Of a DNA stretch of 64,000 bases, positions 1 to 9,243 are shown in pieces (within the stretch, counting starts at the first letter, position 1; every line of letters starts with the position of its first letter). Below the pieces are notes generated by a model. It was not told the DNA's origin and made no database searches. It worked only from the letters and a program-made list of their open reading frames with translations. A program made the translations under genes and the position numbers. This DNA comes from Nitrospinaceae bacterium (GTDB lineage: Bacteria > Nitrospinota > Nitrospinia > Nitrospinales > Nitrospinaceae): positions 96,001-160,000 of the forward strand of contig OZ245011.1 of NCBI GenBank assembly GCA_965223665.1, in the 5' to 3' direction.

Positions 1-390
1 TTGGGAATTTGCTTAGGTTTGCAACTATTGTTCGAGCAAAGTAATGAGTTTGGGAATGTCCCTGGGTTAGGTATATTCCCTGGACAAGTAGAACGGTTTC
101 ACTTTAAAGAAAATTCAGAATTAAAAATTCCACACATGGGTTGGAATACGGTCAATATTCAAAAGAAAGCGCCTCTTTTTAATGGGATTGATTCTTCATC
201 TTATTTTTATTTTGTCCATTCCTATTTTGTAAAACCGGAGGATCCAGACATTGTGGCCACCACAACCTGTTATGGCGAAGAATTTGTTTCCGGCATTCAA
301 TTTGAGAATATTTATGCCTTCCAATTTCACCCTGAAAAAAGCCAAAGTTTGGGTTTAAATATTCTGAAAAACTTTTCCCAACTAAATTAA
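1..390 (+). CDS. hisH: Imidazole glycerol phosphate synthase glutamine amidotransferase subunit (5' truncated by window edge)
   Basis: GICLGLQLL nucleophile elbow, KIPHMGWN, FYFVHSY and QFHPEKS motifs. Confidence 0.96.
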   Translation: MGICLGLQLLFEQSNEFGNVPGLGIFPGQVERFHFKENSELKIPHMGWNTVNIQKKAPLFNGIDSSSYFYFVHSYFVKPEDPDIVATTTCYGEEFVSGIQFENIYAFQFHPEKSQSLGLNILKNFSQLN

Positions 391-400
391 AATTTAAAAA

Positions 401-1294
401 ATGTTTTCGACCGCTTATTTGCGCGGTGTAATGCTGGCTTTGACCACTGCTTTCCTTTGGAGTCTTTTACCCATATTAACCAAAGTGGCGGTAAAAGAGT
501 TTAGTGGAGCCACTATTGTTTGGTTTCGTTTTACCTTTTCATTTTTCCTTCTTTTCGGGTTACTGCACCTTCGAAATAGGAACCCATTAAAAATATTAAT
601 GAAACCACCCTTGTTAGCAGTGGTGGGTGGACTATTTTTGGGAACTAATTATTTCCTTTTTCTAAAAGGAGTAGAGACTAGTAGCCCCACCAACGCAGGC
701 GTTCTTGTGCAATTGGCTCCTTTAATGGTTGTAATAATTGGGGTAACTCTTTTTGGAGAGAAATTTAATAATAAACAATGGATGGGTTTAGGTTTTGCCG
801 TAATCGGTTTTGTGGTTTTTTTTAGAGACCAAATTAATAACTCTTCAAATGTACCAATCTATGCAACTGCTTCTCTATATATTTTGGGAGCGGCTTTAAC
901 CTGGGCAATATACATCACCTTACAAAAAATTTTGTCCCCTAACTATGAAGCGCAACATTTAAATTTACTGGTTTATGGAACTGCCTCCCTATTGTTGGTA
1001 TATTTTGTTGAATGGAGGGAATTTTTTAACCAAAGCTTGGAAAATTGGTTGTTAATGATTATTTTAGGAATAAATACCCTATTAGCCTATGGCTGTTTAG
1101 CTGAAGCGGTTAAATATATTCCTTTGTCGTTGATTAGCGTTATCATTACACTCCATCCGTTTATTACCATGACCTTGATGCATTTTTTGCCGAAAATCTA
1201 CCCAAGCCTATTGCCTGAAAAAATTGGTGTTTTAGGATATTTCGGAGCCGGAGCAGCTATTTTAGGGGTTATTTTTGTGATTCGAAAAAATTGA
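401..1294 (+). CDS. EamA/DMT family transporter
   Basis: 297 aa, about 10 hydrophobic segments in two repeats; EamA-like W-S...K...RF and LFGEK motifs. Confidence 0.88.
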   Translation: MFSTAYLRGVMLALTTAFLWSLLPILTKVAVKEFSGATIVWFRFTFSFFLLFGLLHLRNRNPLKILMKPPLLAVVGGLFLGTNYFLFLKGVETSSPTNAGVLVQLAPLMVVIIGVTLFGEKFNNKQWMGLGFAVIGFVVFFRDQINNSSNVPIYATASLYILGAALTWAIYITLQKILSPNYEAQHLNLLVYGTASLLLVYFVEWREFFNQSLENWLLMIILGINTLLAYGCLAEAVKYIPLSLISVIITLHPFITMTLMHFLPKIYPSLLPEKIGVLGYFGAGAAILGVIFVIRKN

Positions 1295-1302
1295 ATTTAA
1301 AA

Positions 1303-2292
1303 TTAAGGCTTTATTCCTGTAATGACTCCAGTTGGTATCGCTTCGATGCGAAAATGCTGAATTTCCTGGATTCCAAATTCTTTTAACCAATTAATTTTTT
1401 CGGCTACGGGGTGGGCTCTTCCACCAGGAGTTAATAATCCAATATTCAAGCTGAATAAAACATCATTTAGTGGGCTCGTATCGTCTTCATCAGTGCAAAA
1501 ACCATGAACAATAATTCTTCCCTTCGGTGGTAAAATTTTGATGGCTTTTTGCAGGAGGAACTTTGCCTGATCCTCGTCATACATGTGAAGAACATTTGCA
1601 ATGAGAATTACATCATACCCTGAACCAAAGTCATCTCTTTTAAAGTCTCCACCAATGGTATTGACCCTGTCCTCCAAACCATACTGTTTGATATAGCTTT
1701 TTGCCACTTCAATTACTGGTGGGATATCAAATACTGTTGCCTTCAAATGATGGTGCAATTTGGCCCATTCTAAGGCATATGTTCCCGGTCCACCGCCAAT
1801 ATCGAGAAGGTGTTTATAGTCCCCTAATGGAATTTCCCTTGCCATTAACCAGGTGGCTTTTAGACCCTTATCATGCATAGCGTCAATGAACGCCCGTGTT
1901 TCATGGGGATCATTTCCAAGGACCTCCATGATGCTTTTTATAAAATTTCCTGTTTTAACAAATTGTGGGAGCTCTAACCAGACAGGAACTAAACTATACA
2001 TCAAGCGAATCCATTGGTGCATGCAACGATCACCCTCCTTGGAAAGAAATGGTCTGCATGATTCCATTAATTGGTACCGGTTATCTTTTTTTGAAGAAAT
2101 TTCCAGAGCAACTAAGGCATTTAATAATCTTAAAGTACCCTTTTCGGAAAGTTTGAGTTTTTGTGCCACGTCCTCGACTGATACGGGATCTCCAGCTAGT
2201 TCATCAAAAATTTTCAAATGGTTAGCTGTCATTAAAACCAGGGCAGGTTCAAATCCATTTAATATTTCTCCAATCTTTTTATCCATTTCCAT
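1303..2292 (-). CDS. SAM-dependent O-methyltransferase (methyltransf_2 family, N-terminal dimerisation domain)
   Basis: LLDIGGGPG motif I, VFDIPPV, GGDF, ANVLH catalytic His; N-terminal LKIFDEL...RLLNALVAL winged helix. Confidence 0.88.
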   Translation of the reverse strand: MEMDKKIGEILNGFEPALVLMTANHLKIFDELAGDPVSVEDVAQKLKLSEKGTLRLLNALVALEISSKKDNRYQLMESCRPFLSKEGDRCMHQWIRLMYSLVPVWLELPQFVKTGNFIKSIMEVLGNDPHETRAFIDAMHDKGLKATWLMAREIPLGDYKHLLDIGGGPGTYALEWAKLHHHLKATVFDIPPVIEVAKSYIKQYGLEDRVNTIGGDFKRDDFGSGYDVILIANVLHMYDEDQAKFLLQKAIKILPPKGRIIVHGFCTDEDDTSPLNDVLFSLNIGLLTPGGRAHPVAEKINWLKEFGIQEIQHFRIEAIPTGVITGIKP

Positions 2293-2316
2293 TGAACAAT
2301 TCCTTGTTTGAAAATA

Positions 2317-2772
2317 TTAATTTTTGGTTTTCATGGCTATTCGAATTTCTCTTTCCGCATCTCGCTTTTTAATACTTTCGCGCTTGTCGTGAAGTTTTTT
2401 GCCTTTAGCAATAGCAAGTTCTAATTTAACTCTGCCATTTTTAAAATACATTTTTAATGGAATTAGACTATAGCCTTTTTCTCGGCTTATCCCAATCAAT
2501 CGATCAATTTCTTTTTTGTGAAGCAATAACTTTCTTTTTCGAGTTGGGGAGTGGTTAAATTGATGAGCGGGGGTGTAGGGGCTGATGTGTGCGTGATACA
2601 AAAATATTTCACCCCTTTCGAACTCTGCATAACTATCAACCAGGTTTGCTCTTCCATCACGACAAGATTTAACTTCTGTTCCTAATAGAGCCATACCCGC
2701 TTCTAAAGTGTCCTCTATGGAATAATTATGTCTTGCCTTTTTATTCTGACAAATTATTTTAATTCCGCTCAT
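2317..2772 (-). CDS. smpB: SsrA-binding protein SmpB
   Basis: [41 protein letters not shown]. Confidence 0.98.
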   Translation of the reverse strand: MSGIKIICQNKKARHNYSIEDTLEAGMALLGTEVKSCRDGRANLVDSYAEFERGEIFLYHAHISPYTPAHQFNHSPTRKRKLLLHKKEIDRLIGISREKGYSLIPLKMYFKNGRVKLELAIAKGKKLHDKRESIKKRDAEREIRIAMKTKN

Positions 2773-2811
2773 ATTGTTTGATTTAGTGATTTGGAAAAAT
2801 AAGTTATTTAG

Positions 2812-3591
2812 TTAATAAACCTTTACTGTTTTTCCGAGTGGTTTTTTGAAATATTTTGATGCATTTCTCTTGTAGCAAAAAATTTCAATGCATCCCCAAC
2901 TATTTATCAAAGCCCCTAATTCTCCGATTTTTTTATCACTGTATGTTTTTGACAGGTTCTTTATTTTATGGCGACCACACTCTAAAAACCAATCACCTTT
3001 TTTTCTTAAATGGGGTTCTATGTTTGCAAGTTTTAGGTTAGTCATCATATTACCAAATCGATCAATGTAGGTTACTTCCCCAAAAAGATTTTTTCCCTTA
3101 TAAAACGGTTGAGGCAATTTAATCATTATTGGGTTTGACAGCTTATCTCCAATAGTACTTATTGGGGTTCCTTTTGCTAAATGGGCGGCGATGGGAGCAA
3201 AAATATCTCTGCCATGGAAAGTTGATGATACAGGGTTTAAAAAATATTTAGCCTTTGAAATTTCGAATACTTTTGACTTGGAACACAAAATTGGGGATAA
3301 AACTCCATTATCTGGCCCAATAAAAATATGTTGTTTATGTTTGACTGCAATAGGTTTTCGTTTACCTCCCACCTCGGGGTCGACTACGACTAAATGAATA
3401 GATTTTGTGGGAAAGTAATTCCAGAAACTATCCAAAACTCTAGCAGCTTGTTCAATATCTTGTGATTCGATTTGATGGGTTATATCAATTAATTGAGCTA
3501 CGGGAGCAATTTTTAATATTACTCCTTTCATGATTCCAACAAAAGGATCATTTAAACCAAAATCAGTGGTAAGCGTGATTAGGGAAGGCAT
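2812..3591 (-). CDS. SAM hydroxide adenosyltransferase (DUF62 / SAM hydrolase family)
   Basis: ITLTTDFG, VVVDP, FIGPDNG, STFHGRDIFAP, YIDRFGN; the His in TFHGRD fits the hydrolase subgroup. Confidence 0.9.
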   Translation of the reverse strand: MPSLITLTTDFGLNDPFVGIMKGVILKIAPVAQLIDITHQIESQDIEQAARVLDSFWNYFPTKSIHLVVVDPEVGGKRKPIAVKHKQHIFIGPDNGVLSPILCSKSKVFEISKAKYFLNPVSSTFHGRDIFAPIAAHLAKGTPISTIGDKLSNPIMIKLPQPFYKGKNLFGEVTYIDRFGNMMTNLKLANIEPHLRKKGDWFLECGRHKIKNLSKTYSDKKIGELGALINSWGCIEIFCYKRNASKYFKKPLGKTVKVY

Positions 3592-4904
3592 CCGGTAACT
3601 TGACGATTTGTTACATGCTGAACGTTGACTGAAATAATATTATTCATTAAATCATTTTCTCCACTCAGAAAAATTGGGATATAGTTTTCACTATGCCCTT
3701 TCAATAGGTTAGTTTCAGGATCTCTGCTACTTTCTACGAGAAGAGAAACTGTTTTATTTAAAAAGCTTTTTCTAAAGTCTAAAGATTTTTTTTGACCTAA
3801 TTGGGATAAAATTTTATTTCGTTCTTTTTTAGTCTTATTTTGGACATCATTTTTTAGTGAATAGGCAGTTGTTCCTCGCCTAGGCGAATAACTAAAAACA
3901 TGTAAATAAGAAAAAGGAATATCTTCAATTAACTGATAAGTATTTTTAAACATATTTTCTGATTCACCCGGAAATCCGACAATTATGTCTGCTCCTAATC
4001 CTGGATTGGGTATCTTATTTAATATCCGGTCAATCGTTTTTCTGTATTCCTTGGAATTGTAATTTCTTTTCATCTGTTTCAATATATAGTCATCTCCACT
4101 TTGAAGTGGGATATGAAAATAAGGACATAATTTTTCAGACTTTGCCATAAGTTCAATTAAATCTTCATCAATCTCCATGGGATTAATTGAACTAAGCCTT
4201 ACTCTAAAGTTTCCATCCAATTCAACGATTTCTCTAACCAAAGAAGAAAAATTCTCGGGTGGACTCAAATCTCTCCCGTAGGTTCCCAAGTTTATGCCAG
4301 TAAGAGTGATTTCTTTATAACCAGAAGAAATTGCATGTTTCACATTATTAATTATATTTTTTCTGGAATCACTAATGGATCTTCCTCTGGCATGGACCAC
4401 GGTACAAAACGAGCATGCTTCGTCGCAGCCAGTTTGAACTTTTATAAAGGCTTTAGTTTTTCCATGGAAATCAGAAACAGGAATGGGTTGAAAATCCCAT
4501 TTTTCCTTTATATCCTCCATATAAACTAAGGGACTTTGTAAAGAGTTTTTCTTTGAATCTTCTTTAGATAATCGTCTTTGAATTATTTTGGCAATATCTA
4601 GTTTATTCGCATTTCCAAGCAGTATGTCTAAGCCATCTAACTTTGAAACTTCTTCTGGATGGGTTTGCCCGTAGCATCCAGTAAAAACCACCAAAGCGTC
4701 TTCATTAATAGCCAAAGATTTTTTAACCGCGGCTCTTGAACTTTGATCACTTTTAGAGGTAACCGTGCAAGAGTTCACCACATAAATATCTGCTGTCTCC
4801 TGGGAATTGACAATAGTAAAACCTTCCTGTTTTAACAACGTTTGCATTTCGGCTGTATCGTTTTGATTGGTGCGACATCCCAGAGTTGTAAAGGCAACTT
4901 TCAT
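3579..4904 (-). CDS. mtaB: tRNA (N6-L-threonylcarbamoyladenosine(37)-C2)-methylthiotransferase
   Basis: TLGCRTN, NSCTVT, radical SAM CDEACSFC, HIPLQSG, DIIVGFPGE, HVFSYSPR, C-terminal TRAM-like domain. Confidence 0.93.
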   Translation of the reverse strand: MKVAFTTLGCRTNQNDTAEMQTLLKQEGFTIVNSQETADIYVVNSCTVTSKSDQSSRAAVKKSLAINEDALVVFTGCYGQTHPEEVSKLDGLDILLGNANKLDIAKIIQRRLSKEDSKKNSLQSPLVYMEDIKEKWDFQPIPVSDFHGKTKAFIKVQTGCDEACSFCTVVHARGRSISDSRKNIINNVKHAISSGYKEITLTGINLGTYGRDLSPPENFSSLVREIVELDGNFRVRLSSINPMEIDEDLIELMAKSEKLCPYFHIPLQSGDDYILKQMKRNYNSKEYRKTIDRILNKIPNPGLGADIIVGFPGESENMFKNTYQLIEDIPFSYLHVFSYSPRRGTTAYSLKNDVQNKTKKERNKILSQLGQKKSLDFRKSFLNKTVSLLVESSRDPETNLLKGHSENYIPIFLSGENDLMNNIISVNVQHVTNRQVTGCLP

Positions 4905-5004
4905 GGTAAATTCAATTAAAAAAAATTAATAATTTCTCATAGTATGATAATGCCCTAATGGTATCAATGATTTCTTAGAATAAAATAAAAAAATTAGGAG
5001 GAAC

Positions 5005-5033
5005 TTGACCCGGTAGGGAGAGTTTGTTACATT
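5005..5033 (+). promoter_or_regulatory. Putative sigma70 promoter for the fis-glmU-glmU'-glmS operon
   Basis: TTGACC (5005-5010), 17-nt spacer, TACATT (5028-5033) with extended -10 TG at 5025-5026. Confidence 0.55.
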
Positions 5034-5078
5034 AATGGCCTCATTCCGATAGACCGTTTGCCCCACCAAAGAAGGCTT

Positions 5079-5345
5079 ATGAATAAAGTCCAAAAAGATG
5101 TGCGTACGTTTCTTGAAAAATGGTTGGACAAAACTGTTCGCCAATATATTTCCAAAATGGATGGTAAAGAAAATGGCCATTTGCACGATTTAATTATTGG
5201 TGGGGTAGAGAGGCCCTTATTAGAAATTGTACTTCAGGAAACCCAGTATAATCAGACCAAAGCTTCCAATATTTTAGGTATTAACCGAAATACCCTAAGA
5301 AAAAAAATTCAAGAACATAAAATCAAATGCAAAAAGACCACTTAG
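5079..5345 (+). CDS. fis: Fis-family DNA-binding protein
   Basis: VERPLLEIVL...NQTKASNILGINRNTLRKKI HTH; ATG at 5079 after GAAGG preferred over the track start 5058. Confidence 0.88.
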   Translation: MNKVQKDVRTFLEKWLDKTVRQYISKMDGKENGHLHDLIIGGVERPLLEIVLQETQYNQTKASNILGINRNTLRKKIQEHKIKCKKTT

Positions 5346-6076
5346 CGGTCGTTATTTTAGCCGCGGGAAAAGGGAAACGGATGAAGTCAGACCTTCCTAA
5401 GGTATTGCACGAATTAGGATCAAAGACTTTATTGTCTCATGTTTTAGAAACTGTGAAATCGTTAGCTCCTGAAAGGACGGTCATAGTTGTTGGGCACCAA
5501 GCTAAAAAAGTGGAGTCTCAATTTTCGGATCATAATAATGAGTTTGTAGTGCAAAAAGAACAATTGGGAACCGGTCATGCCGTGCAGCAAGCTCAGGAGG
5601 TTTTGGAAAATTTTGAAGGTAATGTACTTATACTTTGTGGAGATATGCCCTTATTAAAAGAGTCGACTTTGAAGAATTTAATAAAATCCCATGAAAACTC
5701 GAGTGTTGAGTGTACTTTGTTAAGTTTAAAGACGAAAGAGCCAAAGGATTTTGGTCGTATTGTCAGGGATGTTGAAGGGAATGTCAGTCGTATTGTAGAA
5801 TTTAAAGATGCAACGGAGATGGAAAAAGCTATTGACGAATACAACTCTGGAGTTTATTGTTTTAATAAGAGTATTCTTTTCAAGATATTACAGTCAATCG
5901 ACAACAAAAACTCCCAAAGTGAATTCTATTTGACCGATGCAATTCGGTTATTGACCGAGGGAGGGAATTTTGTGCAGTGTGTTCAAACCAATGACGATGC
6001 TGAAATTCTTGGAATAAACTCTAAAGCCGATTTAAAAAAGGCGGAAGAAATTTTTTATTCGCGTAAAAATGTTTAA
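5327..6076 (+). CDS. glmU: GlmU N-terminal domain only (GlcNAc-1-P uridyltransferase), no LbH acetyltransferase domain
   Basis: LAAGKGKRMKSDLPKVLH, EQLGTGHAV, GDMPL, EYNSGVY, EFYLTD, GINS; stops at 249 aa where the linker helix begins. Confidence 0.88.
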   Translation: MQKDHLAVVILAAGKGKRMKSDLPKVLHELGSKTLLSHVLETVKSLAPERTVIVVGHQAKKVESQFSDHNNEFVVQKEQLGTGHAVQQAQEVLENFEGNVLILCGDMPLLKESTLKNLIKSHENSSVECTLLSLKTKEPKDFGRIVRDVEGNVSRIVEFKDATEMEKAIDEYNSGVYCFNKSILFKILQSIDNKNSQSEFYLTDAIRLLTEGGNFVQCVQTNDDAEILGINSKADLKKAEEIFYSRKNV

Positions 6077-6118
6077 GCCTTTAATAGTTTTTATAAATAA
6101 TTCTATAATTACTCAAAT

Positions 6119-7324
6119 ATGAAAGCTGTCATATTAGCAGCCGGTCAATCGAATAAGCTAACACCCTTTTCAGATACGCGACCCAACCCAATGATTTCCG
6201 TGGCTGGAGGTTATCTTTTTGGCCATAGTTTATCTTTGCTTAAAAGCGCAGGGATCAATGACATCTTTGTTGTTGTGGGACATAAAAAAGAGAAACTGAT
6301 TGAGCATGTTGGCGAATTATCAAATAATGGATTAAATCTCCAATTAGTGGAACAAAAAAAACCATTGGGTATTGGAGATGCAGTTCTTCAGATTCGAAAG
6401 AAAATATCTCCGGGTGAATACTTCCTGTTGATTTATGGAGATATTATTACGGCATCCAATATATATTCTAAAACGCTTCAATCGTTTCATGCGTTCAAAA
6501 GCCCGGTCGCATCGATTTGTTTGCCTCCTTCAAATGAAATGTTTGGTAATGTTTTCTTAAATGCCAATATGTCTATTACCAACATTATTGAAAAACCTAA
6601 AGGAAATGATCTAGGTAACTATGTATTGTCCGGCGTTTATATTCTTCCCGAATCATTTTTCTCGATTTTAGAAAAAAGTAAGAAATCAATGGAAAAAGCT
6701 ATTCAAAAACTTGTGAAACAAGAAGGGCTGCGTGCTTCAATGTGGGAAGATGAATGGCTAGACATTGTTTATCCTTGGGAAATTCTAACGGCTAATCGGT
6801 TGATTATGGATTCGTGGGAAAGTTCTTCCATTTCCAAGTCTGCAACTTTAGAGTCCAATGTAACTATACAGGGTACAGTTCATATTGAAGATAATGTAGT
6901 CATTAAGGCGGGAGCTGTTTTAGAGGGACCCTGCTATATTGGAGAAGGCGTTTATATTGGAAATAATACTTTAATTCGAAGTTACACATCCATGGGATCC
7001 AAATGTTCAGTAGGATATGGAGTGGAACTAAAAAATTGTGTTGTGCAAAGCCGTTCTCACATAGGTAGATTGTCGTTTATTGGAGACAGTGTTCTAGGGG
7101 AAAATGTAGATATTGGTGCGGGAACCATGACAGTGAATCGACATCTGGATTGGGAAACGGTTAAATGGAAACAGGGTAAAAAGCCCATTGATACTAAGAG
7201 AACCAAACTAGGATCTTTTATTGGTGATAATGCCATTGTGGGAGCTGGTAATACTATTCAACCTGGTACGGTTATTCCACCAGGAAAAGTATTGCCTCCT
7301 AGGTTTTCGGTTATGAATAAATAA
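6119..7324 (+). CDS. Archaeal-type GlmU-like sugar-phosphate nucleotidyltransferase/LbH protein with degenerate active-site motifs
   Basis: MKAVILAAG, IIEKP, WLDIVYPWEIL, hexapeptide repeats, GDSVLGENVDIGAGT, KLGSFIGD. Confidence 0.85.
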   Translation: MKAVILAAGQSNKLTPFSDTRPNPMISVAGGYLFGHSLSLLKSAGINDIFVVVGHKKEKLIEHVGELSNNGLNLQLVEQKKPLGIGDAVLQIRKKISPGEYFLLIYGDIITASNIYSKTLQSFHAFKSPVASICLPPSNEMFGNVFLNANMSITNIIEKPKGNDLGNYVLSGVYILPESFFSILEKSKKSMEKAIQKLVKQEGLRASMWEDEWLDIVYPWEILTANRLIMDSWESSSISKSATLESNVTIQGTVHIEDNVVIKAGAVLEGPCYIGEGVYIGNNTLIRSYTSMGSKCSVGYGVELKNCVVQSRSHIGRLSFIGDSVLGENVDIGAGTMTVNRHLDWETVKWKQGKKPIDTKRTKLGSFIGDNAIVGAGNTIQPGTVIPPGKVLPPRFSVMNK

Positions 7325-7343
7325 TTTACTTTCTTAAGACTAT

Positions 7344-9164
7344 ATGTGTGGAATCAGCGGGGCCGTCGGCCTTAATGACATTTCAAATTTATTATTCGAA
7401 AGCATCAGAAACTTGGAATATCGTGGATACGATTCCTGTGGTGTTGCTTTGATGAATAATAAATCGATTATTGTTAAAAAGAATACGGGAGAAGTGAAAG
7501 CAGTTTATGATAAAGAAAGTATTTTAAGGCATACCTCTAAAATGGGAATAGCTCATACCCGATGGGCCACTCATGGGAAGGTTACCAAAGAAAATACTCA
7601 TCCTTTCTTGTCGGGTGATAAAAAATTTGCAGTTGTGCATAACGGTATTATTTCTAACTATGATGCCCTAAGGTCAACTTTAATTAAGGAAGGTCATAAG
7701 TTTTGCTCCGAAACTGATACGGAGGTGATCCCTCATTTGCTTGAAAAATTTTACAAGCAAGTCAAGGATGTTGAAACAGCGCTGGTGAAGACTTTAAACG
7801 TATTGGAAGGAACCTTTGCTATTGCCATGATTTCCTATTACAAACCAGAGCATATTTATTGTGCCAAAAGAGAGTCTCCTTTATTACTGGGAATCGGAGA
7901 TGAAGTTAAATTTGTGGGTTCCGATTTTAATTCGTTCATCGATTATACAAAAAACGCAGTTATTATTGATGATGATGAGTATGCCATTATTACCAAGGAT
8001 AGTTTTGTTGTAAAAAACTCTATTACCCGCGAGGAAATTAACAAACCCATAACCAAAATCGAATGGGATAGTGAAACATCTAAAAAAGGTGGCTATCCTC
8101 ACTATATGTTGAAGGAAATTCATGAGCAGCCCCAAACTGTGATTAATGCCTTAAAAATTCCGGAAAGCACTATTGATCAAATGGTGGATTTGATTCATGA
8201 AAGTTCAACTTGCCATTTAATCGGAGTAGGGACTACTTTTTACGTGGCAATGTATGCCAATTACGTATTTTCAATTTATGCCGGAAAATTTATTCCGGCT
8301 ATTAGTTCGGACGAATTTGCCTCATTATCTCCTGTTGAAGAAAATAGTTTTGTTCTGGCAGTTTCTCAATCAGGAGAAACCTATGATACGCTTTCTGCGC
8401 TCAAGTATGCACAATCTAAAGGTGCAAAGACAGGTGCTATTGTGAATGTAATGGGCTCATCTTTAGCGCGTTTAGTGGATTGCACTATTCTTCAAGGTTC
8501 AGGACCAGAAATATGTGTTATTAGTACTAAGGCGGCATTTACGCAAATGGTATTGTTAACGAAAATTGCTTTAAAATTGGGGCTGAAGCGAAAGTTTATT
8601 TCGAAAAAACAATATAATGAAAACCTAAATGCATTGAAGGAAATGCCCGAAATCATCCACGGGATTTTAAATGAACGTTCTGGGTTTATCCATCGAATTG
8701 CTCATCAGCATGCTCAAGTAAAGCATTGGTTATATTTAGGAAGAGGAATCTATTATCCCGTTGCCTTAGAGTCAGCTTTAAAAATGAAAGAAGTTGCTTA
8801 TGTGCACGCAGAAGGTATGCCATGTGGTTTTTTGAAGCATGGAACTTTGGCGATGATAGATTCAAATATAAATTCAATTGTTTTTATTCCACCAAAGAAT
8901 GATAAAGAATTGTATGAAGCTACATTGGCCAGTGTTGCCGAAATTCGTGCTCGATCCGGTTATGTTTTAGGAATCCATTTTGATGAGCGTGGAAAAAATA
9001 AAGACCTTTTTAGTGAAGAGCTAATTCTACCGCCGGTGCCTCAAATCACGGCACCTCTTATTCAATTAATAATTGCTCAAATGTTGGCTTATTTTACTGC
9101 AACCTCCCTCAAAAGAAACGTGGATAAGCCGCGTTCTCTTGCCAAATCTGTAACAGTAGGTTAG
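7344..9164 (+). CDS. glmS: Glutamine--fructose-6-phosphate transaminase (isomerizing)
   Basis: N-terminal MCGI, LEYRGYDSCG, HTRWATHG, HNGII, SQSGET, ALKMKE, KPRSLAKSVTV. Confidence 0.96.
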   Translation: MCGISGAVGLNDISNLLFESIRNLEYRGYDSCGVALMNNKSIIVKKNTGEVKAVYDKESILRHTSKMGIAHTRWATHGKVTKENTHPFLSGDKKFAVVHNGIISNYDALRSTLIKEGHKFCSETDTEVIPHLLEKFYKQVKDVETALVKTLNVLEGTFAIAMISYYKPEHIYCAKRESPLLLGIGDEVKFVGSDFNSFIDYTKNAVIIDDDEYAIITKDSFVVKNSITREEINKPITKIEWDSETSKKGGYPHYMLKEIHEQPQTVINALKIPESTIDQMVDLIHESSTCHLIGVGTTFYVAMYANYVFSIYAGKFIPAISSDEFASLSPVEENSFVLAVSQSGETYDTLSALKYAQSKGAKTGAIVNVMGSSLARLVDCTILQGSGPEICVISTKAAFTQMVLLTKIALKLGLKRKFISKKQYNENLNALKEMPEIIHGILNERSGFIHRIAHQHAQVKHWLYLGRGIYYPVALESALKMKEVAYVHAEGMPCGFLKHGTLAMIDSNINSIVFIPPKNDKELYEATLASVAEIRARSGYVLGIHFDERGKNKDLFSEELILPPVPQITAPLIQLIIAQMLAYFTATSLKRNVDKPRSLAKSVTVG

Positions 9165-9243
9165 TCTATCCAATAATTTTTTACCTTACGCCATAAGTGT
9201 GCAGGTTATCTGTGCCTATTTTTTAATTTAAAAGTTAATTTAT

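Noticed and set aside
2317-2811. tmRNA (ssrA) next to smpB
   Set aside because: Flanking gaps are under 40 nt, and no GGGG...TCCACCA ends were seen in the window
2812-3591. Possible SAM-dependent chlorinase/fluorinase
   Set aside because: TFHGRD His plus the conserved Asp and Arg fit the common DUF62 hydrolase; the context is housekeeping (mtaB, smpB)
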